A program made the translations under genes and the position numbers. A stretch of DNA of 64,000 nucleotides. Source: Mobula hypostoma (lineage: Eukaryota). Positions 50,550 to 64,000 of the stretch are shown in pieces. How positions within the stretch are numbered: the stretch's first letter is position 1; every line of letters begins with the position of its first letter. The stretch is from assembly GCF_963921235.1 (NCBI RefSeq), contig NC_086108.1, positions 28,398,001-28,462,000 on the forward strand, written 5' to 3'. Under the pieces are notes generated by a model. It made no database searches. It worked only from the letters and a program-made list of their open reading frames with translations, and was not told where the DNA came from.

Positions 50550-51184
50550 GTGAGTAAGCTAAACATGGTCAACATAGTTTAATAGCTTGGTAACCACTTG
50601 AGGAAATTAGCACATGAGCCTTCAAGAAAGAGTGTTAGTTATTCAGGTATTCAGTTGGACATCAGAGCTATTCTTTGCAGCTTTTACTAATCATGGCATT
50701 AAGGCTTTTTCAAACAATAGAAGAATTGTTGCAATGAGATCCCTGCCACTACATTGAGAAATCCTCAGATGTTCATTGGGTGGCTGTAAGAATCTATAGA
50801 AGCCGTGTCACACAGCCCAGGGAAAATTTCAGGCTCTACTGGTTTATCTTCTTGATACCCAAAGTCTTTCTACTGCCTCCAATTTGTGTGATGGCTTGAG
50901 CTCCCTTTAGCCAGAGAGCAGTGGCTGCAATGAGTTTCAAGGAACTCACCCCTAGCATGAAGAACTAGATTATTTGATCACTGTATCCAGAACTCATTTA
51001 TTCATTCCAGTCTTTAGTGTATTATCTATAGTGAATATGCGTTAGCATCTCATCAATTCTCAATGAAAAACATCTGACAAACCGGTCTGCACTGCAAACT
51101 GGAAGCACAGATTTACAAAGGCATATTTTCTCCTACTAATTTACATCACTTTAATATATAGTACAAATTGACCAAAAAATGAGA

Positions 51185-53582
51185 GACATAAAGTAATTCA
51201 GCACAGAAACAGGCCATTTGGCCTGTCTAGCCCATGCCAACCTGATTGTCTGCCTAGTCCCATCTACCACATAAATACCATATCTCTCCAACCCTTCTCA
51301 CCCATGTATCTATCCAATCTGTTTCAAATGAACCCACATCTATCACATCTGCTGGCAACTCATTCCACGTGAGCACCACGCTCCAATGGGAAAAAGCCTG
51401 TGTGGATTCACCCTATCTACAGCCCTCAAAATTTTGGTATGCATCTTTAGGGTGCATCACAACCTGGTATGGAAGTTGTCCTGTCCAAGACCGGAAGAAG
51501 CTGCAGAAGATTGTGAACACAGTGCAGCACATCACACAAAATCAATCTTCCGTCCTTGGACTCACTTTGCACTGCACGCTGTCGGAGCAGTGCTGCCAGG
51601 ATAATCAAGGACACGACCCATCCAGCCAACACACTTTTCGTCCCTCTTTCCTCCGGGAGAAGGCTCAGGAGCTTGAAGACTCGTATGGCCAGATTTGGGA
51701 ACAGCTTCTTTCCAACTGTGATAAGACTGCTGAACAGATCCTGACTGGGATCTGGGCCGTACCCTCCAAATATCCGCACCTGCCTCTCGGTTTTTTTGCA
51801 TACCTTACTTTCCCTTTTCTATTTTCTATTTATCATTTATAATTTAAGTTTTTAATATTTACCATCGATTTGTACTCCAGGGAGTGCGAAGCGCAGAATC
51901 AAATATCGCTGTGATGATTGTACACTCTAGTATCAATTGTTTGGTGACAATAAAGTGTAAAGTATAAAGTATAATATCTCCCCTCATCTCCTGTGCTCCA
52001 AGGAATAAGGTCGTAACCAATTCAAATCTTTCCCTATAACTCAGGTCCTCAAGTTCTGGCACCATCCTTATGAATTTTCTCTGCACTTTTTCCTTTTTTT
52101 TCAAATCTTTCTTGAAGGTAGGTGACCATAGCTGCACATAATAATGTAAATTCAGCCTCATGAACATCATGTACATCTTCAACATAACATCCCAACTCCT
52201 GCACTTGGTGACCTGAGTTATAAAAGTCAGTGTGCCAAAAGCTCTCCTTATGACCCTATCTACCTGTGGTGCTAATTTCAAGGAATTGTTGATCTCTATT
52301 CCTAGATCTCTCTGCACACCTCAGTGTCCTACAGTTCACTAAGTCTTAGCCTCACTTGTCCTCCCAAAGTGCAAACCTTGTACTGTCTGTGTTGAATTCC
52401 ATCTGCCATATTTCAGCCCTTTTCCCCAGCTGGTCAAGATCACACTGCAAGCTTCCTTGCTGACCCCTATACTCCCAATCTTGGTGTCATCCACAAATTT
52501 GCTGATCCAGTTTACCATATAATCATTAACAGATGATAGACAACGATGGACTCAGCACCGATCCCTGCACCACACCAAGAGCCACAGGCCTCCATTCAGA
52601 GAGACAACCATTTGCTACCAAATTCTGGCTTCTCCCACTAAGCCAATATTGGGTCTAAATGGCTACTTCATCCTAATTACCAAGAGATATATCCTTTTAG
52701 GCCAGCCTCCCATGCGGGACTTTGTCAATGCCTTGCTATAGTCCATGTAGACAAGGTCCACTGCCTTCATAAACTTTAGTAATCTCCCCAAAAATCTCTT
52801 TAGACATGATCCTCCATGTACAAAACTATGTTGACTATCCCTAATCAAGCCCTGTCTATCCAAATATTTATGTATCCTGTCCATTAGAATAGCTTCCAAT
52901 AATACAGTATCACAACTGATGTAGGATCACAGGACTATAATGTCCTGACTTATTTTTAGAGCCTTTCTTAAACTCCTGTCCTCCAGCACCTCACCAATGG
53001 CTAAGGACATTTTCAGTATCTCTGCCAGGACCCCTACAATTTCTGTACTGGCTTCCCACAATGTCCGATAGAACACCTTGTCAGGCCCTAGGTATTTATC
53101 GACTCTAATTTGCCTTAAGACAGTCTCCTCTTCCATCAACTGGATATGATCCATGACCTCACTACTCTTTTTTTCCTCAATTCTACACTGTCCATGTTAT
53201 CTCCCAAGTAAGTGCAGATGTGAAAAAAATAATTTACAATCTCCCCTATGTCTTTCAGCTCCATGCACAAATATCCTCTCTAATCTTCAAAAGGACCAAT
53301 GTTGTTCCTTGCTAACCTTTTGCTCTTAATATAGTTATAAAAGCCCTTGGGATCTCTTTCACCTTGTCTGCCAGAGCAACCACATGACCTCTTTTAGCAC
53401 TCTTGATTTCTCTCTTCAAGTGTTCTCTTGCACTTTTCTTACTCCTCAAGTGCCTCATTTGATCCTAGCTCCCTATACCTGATGTATACCAACCAATTTT
53501 TCTTTACCAGGGCCTCAAAATCCCACGATAACCAGGGTTCCCTAAACCTGTTAGTCTTGCCTTTTATTCTAACAGAAACATC
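51185..53582 (-). mobile_element. Decayed CR1 LINE, split by a Rex1 fragment at ~51436-51972
   Basis: FREPWL, VDKYLGPDKVF, SQHSFVHGGSCL, VYMDYSKA, QRDLG and YYVQLWSP pieces; 3' tail at ~51185-51250. Confidence 0.82.
51436..51972 (+). mobile_element. Rex1/Babar 3' fragment
   Basis: GCITTWYGSC..DRKKLQKIV, IIKDTTHPANTLFVPLSSGRRLRSLKTR..RFGNSFFPTVIRLLN; (taaagta)n tail. Confidence 0.85.
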
Positions 53583-53675
53583 CAGAATTGACCTAGCTAA
53601 GAAACTGGTTAAGTACCAGGACAGGGACAGAAGTAGAACACCATTGTTTAAGAGAGAATAAATAGAACCATAGAC

Positions 53676-54051
53676 CATCATCATCATCATCATGTGCCAT
53701 GTCATATGATGTAGATGATCATGGTTTTATGACCATGATTGCTCTTGGCAAATTTTTCTACAGAAATGGTTTGTCAATGCCTTCTTCTGGGTAGTGTCTT
53801 TACAAGATGGTTGACTCCAGCCATTGTTAATACTCTTCAAAGGTTGTCTGCCTGCCACCAGAGGTTGCATTACCAAGACTTGTGATATGCACCAGCTGTT
53901 TATAGACCATGCTGCCATATTTTCATGTGGCCCTGATCAAGAGGATAAGCTGGTGACATACCTTGCCCAAGGGTGACCTGCAGTCTAGCAGAGAGACTGC
54001 AGAGCGCCTTACACCTCCTTGGTAGAGACGTATCTCCACCCCACCACCCAC
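53676..54051 (-). mobile_element. SINE-like element with RTE-type 3' end and (ATG)n tail
   Basis: (cat)n at 53676-53694; the minus strand gaagaaggcattgacaaaccatttctgtag resembles the 3' regions of RTE-mobilised SINEs. Confidence 0.55.
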
Positions 54052-54539
54052 TGGCTTGATATTAGTACTATGGAACCTCCTGGAATCCACAATTATGGTC
54101 GCAGTCCCAGGGCACAGAAAATAATAAGAGGATTAGGCAGAGTCATCTGGGATTTATGAAATGTTTTTGCAAATTTATCGGTATACTTTGAACTTGTAAT
54201 GATCAGAATCACATGACATTTGTTGTCTTTGTAGCAGCAGTACAATGTAATACATAATAGGGAAAAAGCTACAAATTACTGTAAGTATATATATATATAT
54301 AATAGTTAAGCTAAATAAACAGTGCAAAAGTAAAAATAAAGAAGTAGTGTAGCGTTCATAGTTTCAATGTCCATTCAGAAATTGAATTAGCAGATTTGAT
54401 CATGCAAGTCACTTTAATGTAGTGTTGTTAGTAAGGTGCCACAGGAGATACTGCTAAACAGAATTAGAGCGCTTTTTCTGCCGGGTATTATACTCATGTG
54501 GAATGTTAGTTTGTTAACAGACAGAAAACAAATCTGTAG

Positions 54540-54809
54540 GAACAAATACGCATGACACCAAGGCACCAGAGGAACTCATCAGGAAGCATCGGTGGAGGGA
54601 AATGAGAGTTGACATTTTGTTGAGCCCAGTCAAGCAGGAGAGGATAGATAGAGGGGAGGAAAAGGTAGAGGGAAGGGCTGGAGCAAGAGCTGACAGGTGA
54701 TAGCTGGGTCCAGGGAGTGATAGCAGATGAGGGAGAGAGGAGATCACTCAGCTGGATTCATCTATCATCTGTCAGCTCTTGCTACACCCCTTCACCTTTT
54801 TATACTAAA
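54540..54809. mobile_element. Old PLE pseudo-LTR inverted remnant
   Basis: agagctgacaggtgatag (minus arm) versus ctatcatctgtcagctct (plus arm); ggaactcatcagg..gcatc. Confidence 0.6.
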
Positions 54810-54811
54810 TA

Positions 54812-54880
54812 CAATACTGTGCACAAGTCTTAGGTACATATATATAACTAGGGGGTGCCTAAGATTTTTGCACAGTACTG
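54812..54880. mobile_element. 69-bp Tc1/mariner-type MITE
   Basis: TIRs caatactgtgcacaagtcttaggtac / gtgcctaagatttttgcacagtactg (~26 bp), with TA on both sides (54810-54811, 54881-54882). Confidence 0.8.
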
Positions 54881-55228
54881 TATACTGTTTACTCTGTAAG
54901 CTTCATGCAAGCAAGGAATTTTATTTCACCCTGATGTATATGAGAATAAACTTATCTGAATCTAATAAGAATCCGAGTCTGTTTACATCGAGCAATATTA
55001 GACAGCAGAGTTTAGTCATATTGGCCTAAGAGAAATATGATGTGATTATACCTTAATATAAAACCTTAATTGCAAGAGTTATCTTAAAAAAGCAAGATTA
55101 TGCAGATTCGGGTTGTATTCCCTGGGATACAAATTAAAGAGATTATTTGATTGCCTTCCATGGTAGACTATTTTTCCCAGGTATGTTGTTGACAACAACT
55201 CTAATTTTTCTGCTTGTCATTGTTCCAG

Positions 55229-55614
55229 ATGATCAGATACTCTCTGAGCTAGGACATGCCAATGGGATATATAGCGGTGTGAGTGACGTGACTGGCCGGC
55301 AGTTACTGAATGGGGCCTTCACCGTGGATGTCACAGGACAGCAGTACCATGACCTGAGAGCAAGCAGCCCCTATGGAATACCCCAGTCTCCATCGTCCAT
55401 AGCCTCTGCCCCCGCACACACCCCACTTATGAACAACCTCGGTTATATTGACAATAACTTGGGACTTATAGCACAAGGAGGACAGGGAATGGGCCACGCC
55501 CTGAGAATGATGACAGGAGGTCCCACGTCTGATATCTCCACAGGTAGCAGTGCTGGTTACCCAGACTTTCCAACAAGTCCTGCCTCCTGGCTTGATGACA
55601 TGGACCGGTTTTAA
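55229..55614 (+). CDS. LHX4: LHX4 last coding exon: C-terminal region with LHX3/4-type tail
   Basis: Polypyrimidine tract and ttccag|AT; phase 1 fits the previous exon. Encodes (D)DQILSELGH...[12 protein letters not shown]...[32 protein letters not shown], then TAA at 55612-55614. Confidence 0.93.
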
Positions 55615-57994
55615 TGCGCCGTGAGGTTAGCCTGAGATGCAATGGAGATGTCCGAAAGAGGGCGAGCAGCCTCAAACACTGCAGGACTTCTGCAGGCAAG
55701 CGATGTATGTGTTTACAGCTTTGGTTTCCTCACCCTGTGGCAGTGAATTCAACTCAAATTTAGCACAGAGTTTCATGGACCAAAACCATTGGGTCTGAGA
55801 CAAGCACCCTTCTTGATGGGCCTTCCTGCTACGCCAGTGCTTGCGATTGACAACAGGACCACTTGGTGATGTGTCATTGGCTGAAATGTCAAAGTGATAG
55901 AAGCATGCAGGTGTGTGAGGGAGGAGGCACTTGTGCAATGGTCTAGTCATAAAGGGGACAATGAAACTTGAGATGGGCTTACTGGAGGGTGCATTTCACT
56001 ATAGCTAAACTTCAAATCTACAAACCTACAAGCAAAGGGACAAACTGTAGAGTTGGCCATAAACGCCACTGTAAAATAAGCAGTAGACACAAAAGCTCTG
56101 CCACACATATCTGACTTCAACATGGTATTTATGTTACTGAAGACATAAGTGGTGATACAGAGGCTAACCTCTCTTTCCTATCCCAATGTTATTGGATTGA
56201 CATTGAATGTGTGTGGCCCAGATGCAGATGGCGTTGCGACTGTGGTTGGGGTGGAGGGTGGAGGGGAGAAGGGTGGCAGGGGCAGGGCTTGACAAGGAGG
56301 TAAGAAGAACTCTAACCTTCCCACTCTTGCCAAGTTCACACCTCCTTAGGATCTCTTTCAATTGTTGTAGGAACAGCAGCTGGTCAATTCAGCCCAGTGA
56401 GTCAACTTTGGTTCCACATGCCCAATACATTAGGCTAACTAGATATGGGTTCTACTCCAGGTTGAAACTGTGAGAGAAACACAGAGCCAGTGATGCACAT
56501 TTAAGCCTGTGAGTCATAGCTGAAACATACTATGTTCAGCATCTAGCAGAATCTAGAACTCTCCCACGAACATTTCGAGATTTGTAAACTTCTAATTGTG
56601 AACACAGGCAAATTCAAATGACTGTGCATAGGTGTCCTGGTAATTGAACAAGTCCCATATAATTAGCAACTGTAGAAATAAGCCTCAAATAAAACAGCAG
56701 GCTGGAGACTGAGTTCTTAACCTGCTACTGAGTAACTGTCTCCATGTTGCCTCTCAGCTCCAGAAAAATCACCTACTTAAATCCATACAATACCCTTCAG
56801 CCTTGCCAGTCAAGTCTGAAACTTGTGGAAAGAGTCAGCCCTGTTCAAGTTTGCCACACATTTTTGTCCTGTGGCATACATATATATTTTTTTCCAGGTA
56901 CAACGAGAGCTTTATTAAACACTGTATTTTACGCAACTTGATTCTAGGTGGGGCTGTTGGAAGAATTTTCCCTTTGCGTATGTGCTATTTTAGGGAAAAG
57001 GATGGCAAATGCACTCCAGAACTTCTTTCTAAGTCTATTTTTTTTGTGAAACAGTTTTTTAATTTTTCCCTGATATATAAAAATGTATTGTGATACCAAG
57101 ACAATCTTCTACTGGCTTTGATACGACTCGTAATGAAGGTACACGCAACCTCACAAGTATAGAAGATGTGGAATGAATGTGAAAGGTCAGTTGCCCATTT
57201 ACTTTGGTTAAATCCTGACGGGTATGAACCAGTTTGCTTTGTAAAGCTATGTCTTATTTCAGGAATTGCACTGCGTTCCATTATTTTTTTTAATCCAGTT
57301 TGGAAATCCTACCCACATCCCTTTTAATCAATAATCCAACAATTCACTGGAAGCATAAAGCAGTTTAAGCAAAACATATTGCAAAGTAATTTCTCAGTTG
57401 TGTTAGCAACATGTGAAATTAATCCTGTATTCAGCAGAAAAAGACTGGCAATTGATGAACATTTTAGTGATTTTGCATTTGAAAGCGTTGTACTGAGGCA
57501 AGAGGTAGTAATTTGGTGCACAGGAGCCCATTATAAATTCTACACAAATGATGAGATATTTGATCCCCAGCCTAACACAGCAATCTGGTCCTCTGAAATT
57601 CTACATGATGGTGCACTATGACAAATGGTTTGGCCTCTTGAAGTGTTTTATTGGAACTTAAAATGATGGCAATAAACAATGTTATTCTGGCCCATTCTAC
57701 CTTGATTTAATATGAGTGAAGGGAATTTTTATGCTCTGCTCGCTTTTCTGAAGCTGAATTAACATCTGCAATTAAGATTGAAATTTGTCAAAAATTTGAT
57801 TTTTGTCCAGCACAAAAGGCACAAATGACACAGAGCTGACTGCAGGAAGACGCTGCTCGTCCAGGATGCTTTTGAACATGTGGTTTGTTTCGGTGATTCA
57901 CAGGTTTTTGCTAATACTGATTTGAGGATGAATCACAAAGATAAAATCTAAAGCCAATTGGCAGCCAATCTGCTTTCTCATGTTACAATGGAGT

Positions 57995-58315
57995 AATGCA
58001 ACTTGGAGACGGTCGTCAATCCACTACCTTACACCCACACACAGTGATCTATTAATCTAATCCTATACTAAGCATATTTTATTCTTCCCACAATCCCAGC
58101 AACTCACCCTCCACCCCCAGATTCTACCATTTACGTACACACTAGAGCTGATTACAATGGCTAATTAACCTACCAAACTGCATGTCCTTGGAATGAAGGA
58201 GATACTGGAGCACCCAGGGCAAACCTAGACAGTCACAGGCAGAAGTCCATGAAGACAATTTTGGAGGTCAGGATTGAACCTGGGTGGCTAGATCTGCAGG
58301 CAGCAATTCTGTTGC
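57995..58315 (-). mobile_element. Old V-SINE downstream of the LHX4 stop codon
   Basis: aattaacctaccaa...ctggagcacccagggcaaacc...aggattgaacctggg. Confidence 0.62.
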
Positions 58316-59119
58316 TGCCCCAATACTGATTTATAAATGCCCATGTGTAATGGTAACAATGAGGGAATCATGACCTTTTAGCAATATCAATAGATAAATA
58401 GTAATCAGTAATCAAAGCAGGATTGATACCACCCAGACAGACACTTCAAAGCCATACTCGTTGGATCTGAAATGAATTTGCGTTTGTTGTTGTCCACGCG
58501 CTTTGAAGTTTGCTTCTTTTATTTACTTCTGTTCACTCTCTGCACTCATGCACTTTGACTTCGCATCTAGTCAATGAACTTTTTCTTCACTGGTTTCTCT
58601 GACGTTAATGCCGGTGAGTTTTGGAAAAGTACTTCAAGATTTATAATCGTTTACTGAAAGCCTTAGTGTGGGCAGGGCATGGTCAATGTGTCTTGCAAAA
58701 TGAATGTGAAAACTGATAGCCATCATTTAATCTTATGTCATTGTAACTGCTCTGTAACTGGAGCTAAACTGGAAATTGAAATAGCACATTAAGCAGAAGA
58801 GCAATATTAAGCATTAGATCTTTTGTTCCACACTTTCTAGTCCCTCAGGGGGATTTTTTGTTTATTTCAACACAAATATAGTATGTTGAAGCAGTCACAT
58901 CATAAACATTCATGTGGAAATAGTGGTTATTGAAAATGAAGATCATAAGACCACAAGACAAAGGAGCAGAATTATGACGTTCGGCCCATCGAGTCTGTTC
59001 TGCCATTCCATCGTGGCTGATTTATTATCCCTCTCAACCCCATTCTCCTGCCTTCTCCCTGGAACCTTTGATGCGCTTACTAATTAGGAACTTACCAATC
59101 TCTGCTGAAAATATACCCA

Positions 59120-59211
59120 CAAACCTGAAACAGCCTGAAACATCGACTGTACTCTTTTCCAAAGATGCTGCCTGGCCTGCTGAGTTCCTCCAGCACTTTG
59201 TGCGTGTTGCT
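59120..59211 (+). mobile_element. Very short PLE 3' end nested in CR1 (half hammerhead)
   Basis: cctgaaacatcgactgtactc...gatgctgcctggcctgctgagttcctccagcactttgtgcgtgttgct; flanks tgctgaaaatatacc / tgctttaaatactacc look like a decayed TSD. Confidence 0.7.
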
Positions 59212-59413
59212 TTAAATACTACCAATGACTTTGCCTCCACAACCATCTGTGGCAATGAGTTCGACAGATTCACCACCAGTTAGCGAAAAAAATTCCACCT
59301 CATTTCTGTTCCAAAGGGATGTCACTCTGTTCTGAGTCTCTGCCCTTTTGGTCCTAGACTGCCCCACTATAGGAAATGTCCTCTCCATATTCACTCTATC
59401 TAGGCCTTACAAT

Positions 59414-59670
59414 CTTCTTCTTATCGTGTCCACGGACAGTCTATACATGGCCCAGCCAGAACTGGACACGTTTTTGTGCCTTGTTGTTGAATTCGGCATG
59501 ATCTGCAACAGTATAGGGTTCCTCTAGCGATGGGCATTGCAGGAGACGTTGCATAGTTTGTGACTCAGTTCCATATTCACAAGTTGTCGGGCTGGTTGTA
59601 TATTCCCATTTGCTTAGTGACACCTTTGAACGACCTACATCAGTCCTAAATCTGTTAAGGCACTTCCAGT
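59414..59670 (-). mobile_element. Ingi/Vingi-type LINE 3' end nested in CR1
   Basis: WKCLNRFRTDVGRSK...KW...TCEYGTESQTMQRLLQCP (decayed CCHC finger); (GAA)n tail; 10-bp TSD gccttacaat at 59404-59413 and 59671-59680. Confidence 0.72.
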
Positions 59671-62600
59671 GCCTTACAATATTCAACAGGTTTCAATGAG
59701 AGCGCCCTTCATTCCTCTAAACTCCAGTGAGTACAGGCCCAGAGCCACCAAACGTTCTACACACGTTAAGCCTTTCATTCCCGGAATCATTCTCGTGAGT
59801 ATCCTCCAATACCAGCACATATTTTCTTAGATAAAGAGCCCAAAACTGTTCATAATACTCCAAGTGTGGTCCGACCAAGGTCTTATAAATCCTCAGCATT
59901 ACATTGTTACCTTTATATCCTAGTCCTCTTGAAATGAATGCCAACATTGCATTTCCCATCCTTACCACAGACTCAACCTGCAAGTTAATCTTTTGAAATT
60001 CTGCTCGAGGACTCCCGTCCAAAATACCCTTTCATTTATTTCCCATTTGAATATGTAGTAAACAATTCGAACAGAAATGAGGAATTTGATCATACGTAGT
60101 TAGTCGTTTTGTTCAAAATGTTCGGTGATTCCACAGACTGTTAAGATCAAGTGCAGAATCTGAGACCCAACCTACAATGGAGATATGTTATTATACCCTG
60201 CTTGTATTGATTAACACTAAAAACTGGACATGCCTTAAAACAGGCTAGAAGCCTCTCAATAGTTGAAGAACTCAACATCTGTATTAGATGGGGTGAGTGG
60301 CTTTGCCCTCAAAAGTGTTTTAGCTTGTATGGGGGGTGGGTGGTAATGATTAGTGGGGGACATCTACATCACCTACATCTGAATTTAATTCCCCAATCCT
60401 TGGTTTAACATGCAAAGACTTAATGGAAATATAAGGTCAACGCGGTGGATTAATAAGTAGGACACCAGCTCAAACAGTCTTACCAGTTTTAAAAGAATGA
60501 AAATATGTCAAGAAATTGTAAGACAATGGATAAGCACATAGTCATGTTTAGAATTGACAAAGTGCAGATCTAGGTTACCCTGTCGGGCTCAGCATTTGTG
60601 GTTGAGTGTGAATCATGTAGAATGGTTAAGAGAGAGATTCAGAAAAGAAAATACCCCTCGAAGTCAGCAGCAGCCATTTCTTCAAACAAAATTTACTTGA
60701 AAAACTGTTTGGATTGTTCAGGACCAAATTGTTAATGAATTGATTTACTGAAATGCTGTGAAACAGAGATATTCGTTCAGTGTTTTTTTATATAATTTGA
60801 AAGCTTTTTTTAAGATATGGACATGTGTTTTAAAGGCCACCTTAAAATATGAAGTATATGTACATTTTTTCATTTCTAACTTTCTAGATTTGCACTGTGA
60901 ATCTCCATCTATTAAACCCTACTTGATACTGAAGACCAGTGAATGGCCCTGAGAGTCCCCATCTCATTATCACAGTCCTGTATACAGTTTGACCAAGCAA
61001 AATAAGGTGCTTAACACAGTGCTCCTGATCAAAATGGACCTGCACAATTTTGCTTTGACCTCTTGCCATACAGCTGGCTGATATCAGATCTAAATAGAAC
61101 TAAGCTTAATCATATAATCACCTCAAAGTGAAAAAAATTACAAGCACTCCAATCAAAACTATCTGGGTTGCTTGAATTACTTACTTCCTAACTGCTTAAA
61201 ATGCAGACCTTATTCATTGACTGCTGGCAAAGGCACGGTTTTACTGCTTATCTCTAGTTAACCTTCCATTGAGTGAGTGGCTTGCATGGCTATTTTTAAA
61301 AGATATTCAAGAGCCAACAATTGCAATTTTTTGTGCCTCTGAAATCTTACATAGGCTGGATTGATTAAAGTTGACTCATTTCTTTCCTTGAATTGCACTG
61401 ATGAATCAGATGAGCTTCTGCCAACCTCCTATTTAGCAGAAGCAGCAAAAAAATCACAACACTGGGTGTTTGTTTTTCCTACCATTATCTATGTTATTAC
61501 TGTTTTATTCACATTAAACTGAGAATAAATCTAACTATGCATCAAGTCAAGGATTGGGACCTATCATTATGCTCCCCTTCCTCCACCCCAATACAGTAAA
61601 CTTTCTCTAGTAGGTTCCTGGTTGATATACTGACCAATGGCTCTGTAAATTTGCATGTGGAGGAACATCTGACCTGAAGGATGCAGACAAAGGTTAAGAA
61701 AATATCTGCAACCAGTAACTGAGTAGTTTTGCAGTCAAATAGGGAATAATAAGATAGGTTGTTATAAATGGCAGGGGTTTGGTAGTTGAGAAAAATGGAA
61801 CTTGGTAATCATTGAAAACCTTTATTAATCTCTGATTCAGTTGGTACACCAAATAACCTAGATAGTTTTATCACATGTGCTGATGCACTGTTACTGGAGG
61901 AAAGACATGTGTGGATGCTGAAGTGATCCTAGATAATTTAACACAGAAGAGGAGGCAAATGAAAGGCATTGCTTTCCCTTAGCTTCTGTCTCCGGCCATT
62001 TGGCCTTATTATGGCACAGGTAAAAATTATGAGATAGCAAAGCCTGAAGAATCTAGGCCGACAATTAGCTAGTAGCATTATTAGAATAAAGAATATCTCT
62101 GCACTTCCTGAAATAAAATTCTAACAACCAAATCTAAAGTAAATGCTTAAATTGGAAAGAAAATTTAGGAATGGTTACTTAACTTTTTTATGTGTGTTTG
62201 ACCTTTGAAGGAGAACTATATCCCATGGGCAGAGTTCTATTAAGTGATTTACCAATTAATTGAGATAGGTCAACTCATTACCCTGCCAGAATCACTGCAT
62301 TTTACTGTGGTGTTTTGCTATCTTTTGGAGAGATGTGTAAGATGTGATATCAATGTTATTCCTTCTGTCATTTTCATCACATGACTGATGCAACATCAAA
62401 CCACCAAGGAAATTGTACTTGCCACAGTAACAGGACTCCTACCAGATAGAGTTTGATCGCTGGTACTTTTTGATCTTGTGCACTTTTGAAGAAAATAAAT
62501 CACAATAACTCTGATTATCTGTTAGTTGACTTGTTCGCACTTTTTCACAATTAAGTGTGAGGATAAACATAGAGGTTCGAGTCTTTGCCTGCAGACACGT

Positions 62601-62689
62601 GGCTGCACTGGAAAATATCTACAGCTGCCCATCTTGATGGTTCTAGCGTACCTGAATCTGCACCATGTCACCTGTCTTGTAGTCATTGT

Positions 62690-62900
62690 TTCAAATTATT
62701 ACCATTTGTAAATTTTGTACAGCTTAACAGTGCAGTAATGTTTGCGTATTTTGTTTTTCTGTAACTATTTATTGCCATGTGTCTTTGCAAAAATAAAGTG
62801 GTGATTTAATTTGTATATGCCTCCAATGAACTTGGCATGAAATCTGTGAAGAAATCTAATAAAATAAACTTCAATAAGGTTTATATGTTGGCGTGTCAAT
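62690..62900 (+). terminator. Candidate distal polyadenylation region of LHX4
   Basis: U-rich, TGTA-containing block with AATAAA at 62792-62797 and overlapping AATAAA at 62858-62863/62863-62868, followed by a GT/T-rich tract. Confidence 0.45.
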
Positions 62901-64000
62901 TTTTATATTTCCTTCAGATCACGTTACCAGTTGGTATTAAAACAGATAGCCATTGAGGCATGATTTTGACAATTATTCTCTGCTCTATGGGTGCAATTGT
63001 AATGGTTTGTAGTTGGTTCCAGCAGCTAGATATTTCCTTCAGTCAGCAACAAATACAATGGGATTTTTCGTATAGATACATGTAGATAGGTTGTGGGATT
63101 CTTCTTATTATGTCATGAACTACTATCAGTTCCCAACTTGAGTCCTTGCATCATTTTGAACAGCCTGCTGGATAAACATGCCACTTTTAATGTGTTTTCT
63201 AAGTCTGAGGGTTGTCAATAACATTTCACATTACCTTATCTTTGTCTTTGTGCATTCTTTGATTATCCACAGGAAATCAGAATGTACTGTTGAATTGAAG
63301 TTCCTGCTTAATGATAGTATGAAATTGTTAAACAGTCATTAAATAAGCTGATTTTAACACAGATAAGAACACCCAAGTGTTTACTGTCGATAATTATATC
63401 GACAGAATTTCTATCATCTTGAATTGATTTATCTTTTAATATTGTGCAAGTCATAAACTTTTCTGTTGTATTTATACTATTTTAGTAAAAACTTTATTTC
63501 TCAATCATGTTCTTAAAACCTTTGCTGCTGACAAAGCTAAGAGGCCCTAGGCTCCAGCCATTAATGGGCAAATATCAAGTAAGAACAGTAGGCCATTTTA
63601 AAAAGGTTTCTCTGCTCTGCATATAAATTCCAGCTTCACTCCATATCCACCCCCTCTTGCACCCCCGAAGTGTGATGGAACACCCAATGTACTAAAAATC
63701 GACATTATTTTTCTAACTTATCCTTATATTCTACATTCTTCTAGATTCAGCGGGTATTACTAAACAGGGAGAGCATTTAAGGTGTTATTCTTAAACCACT
63801 GCAGTGATAGATTGCAGTTAAATGCGAACTGGCAGCATATAAATAGTCTCTGCCAGACTAAAAGTCATACTAAACATCTGAAGTTCAGCTCTTCGAAAGT
63901 AGGTAATCTAAGAGACTATTCCCTATAGTACTGTTTGTTCTCTACAGCTCATTTCATTAAACATGTCACTCATCAACATGGGGGCGCGGGGAGGGGGGAG

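Larger units (their letters stand above)
58943..60022 (-). mobile_element. CR1 3' fragment carrying two nested inserts
   Basis: NAMLAFISRG...PHLEYYEQFW and VVNLSNSLPQ; cataagaccacaaga tail. Confidence 0.85.

Noticed and set aside
55147..55228. Hydrophobic N-terminal extension of ORF 55147-55614 (signal/TM-like)
   Set aside because: It is the translated polypyrimidine tract of the intron. The same applies to the read-through parts of ORFs 41874, 48822 and 50354.
63384..63405. Perfect 9-bp hairpin ctgtcgata-atta-tatcgacag
   Set aside because: Too short and isolated to distinguish from chance in 64 kb.

Overview
Eukaryotic genomic DNA, most likely from a cartilaginous fish (ray/shark). This is inferred from the HE1/V-SINE, CR1, Rex1 and Penelope repeat landscape. 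The only host gene I can support is LHX4 (LIM-homeobox) on the + strand: four coding exons with canonical AG/GT borders and consistent phases (41906-42108 LIM2, 48835-48992 and 50378-50549 homeodomain, 55229-55614 C-terminus), probably followed by a long 3' UTR. I could not find the LIM1 exon, so 1-41905 is probably one very large intron. The window is packed with often nested transposons: CR1, Rex1/Babar, RTE and Vingi LINEs, a chromodomain Gypsy element and a solo LTR, several SINE families, a tiny Tc1-like MITE, and many Penelope-like element (PLE) ends. The most striking signal is a set of PLE-derived fold-back (inverted) insertions, several bounded by 13-15 bp target-site duplications (TSDs). 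They carry minimal hammerhead-ribozyme motifs (CUGAnGA-stem II-GAAA-CGUC) on both strands, including a 271-bp non-coding unit with three hammerhead-like motifs of a CUGCUGA core variant. A hidden, decayed ~43-bp minisatellite and a composite MITE-bounded repeat are also present. Family assignments come from motif recognition and recall, not database searches, and repeat boundaries without a TSD are approximate.
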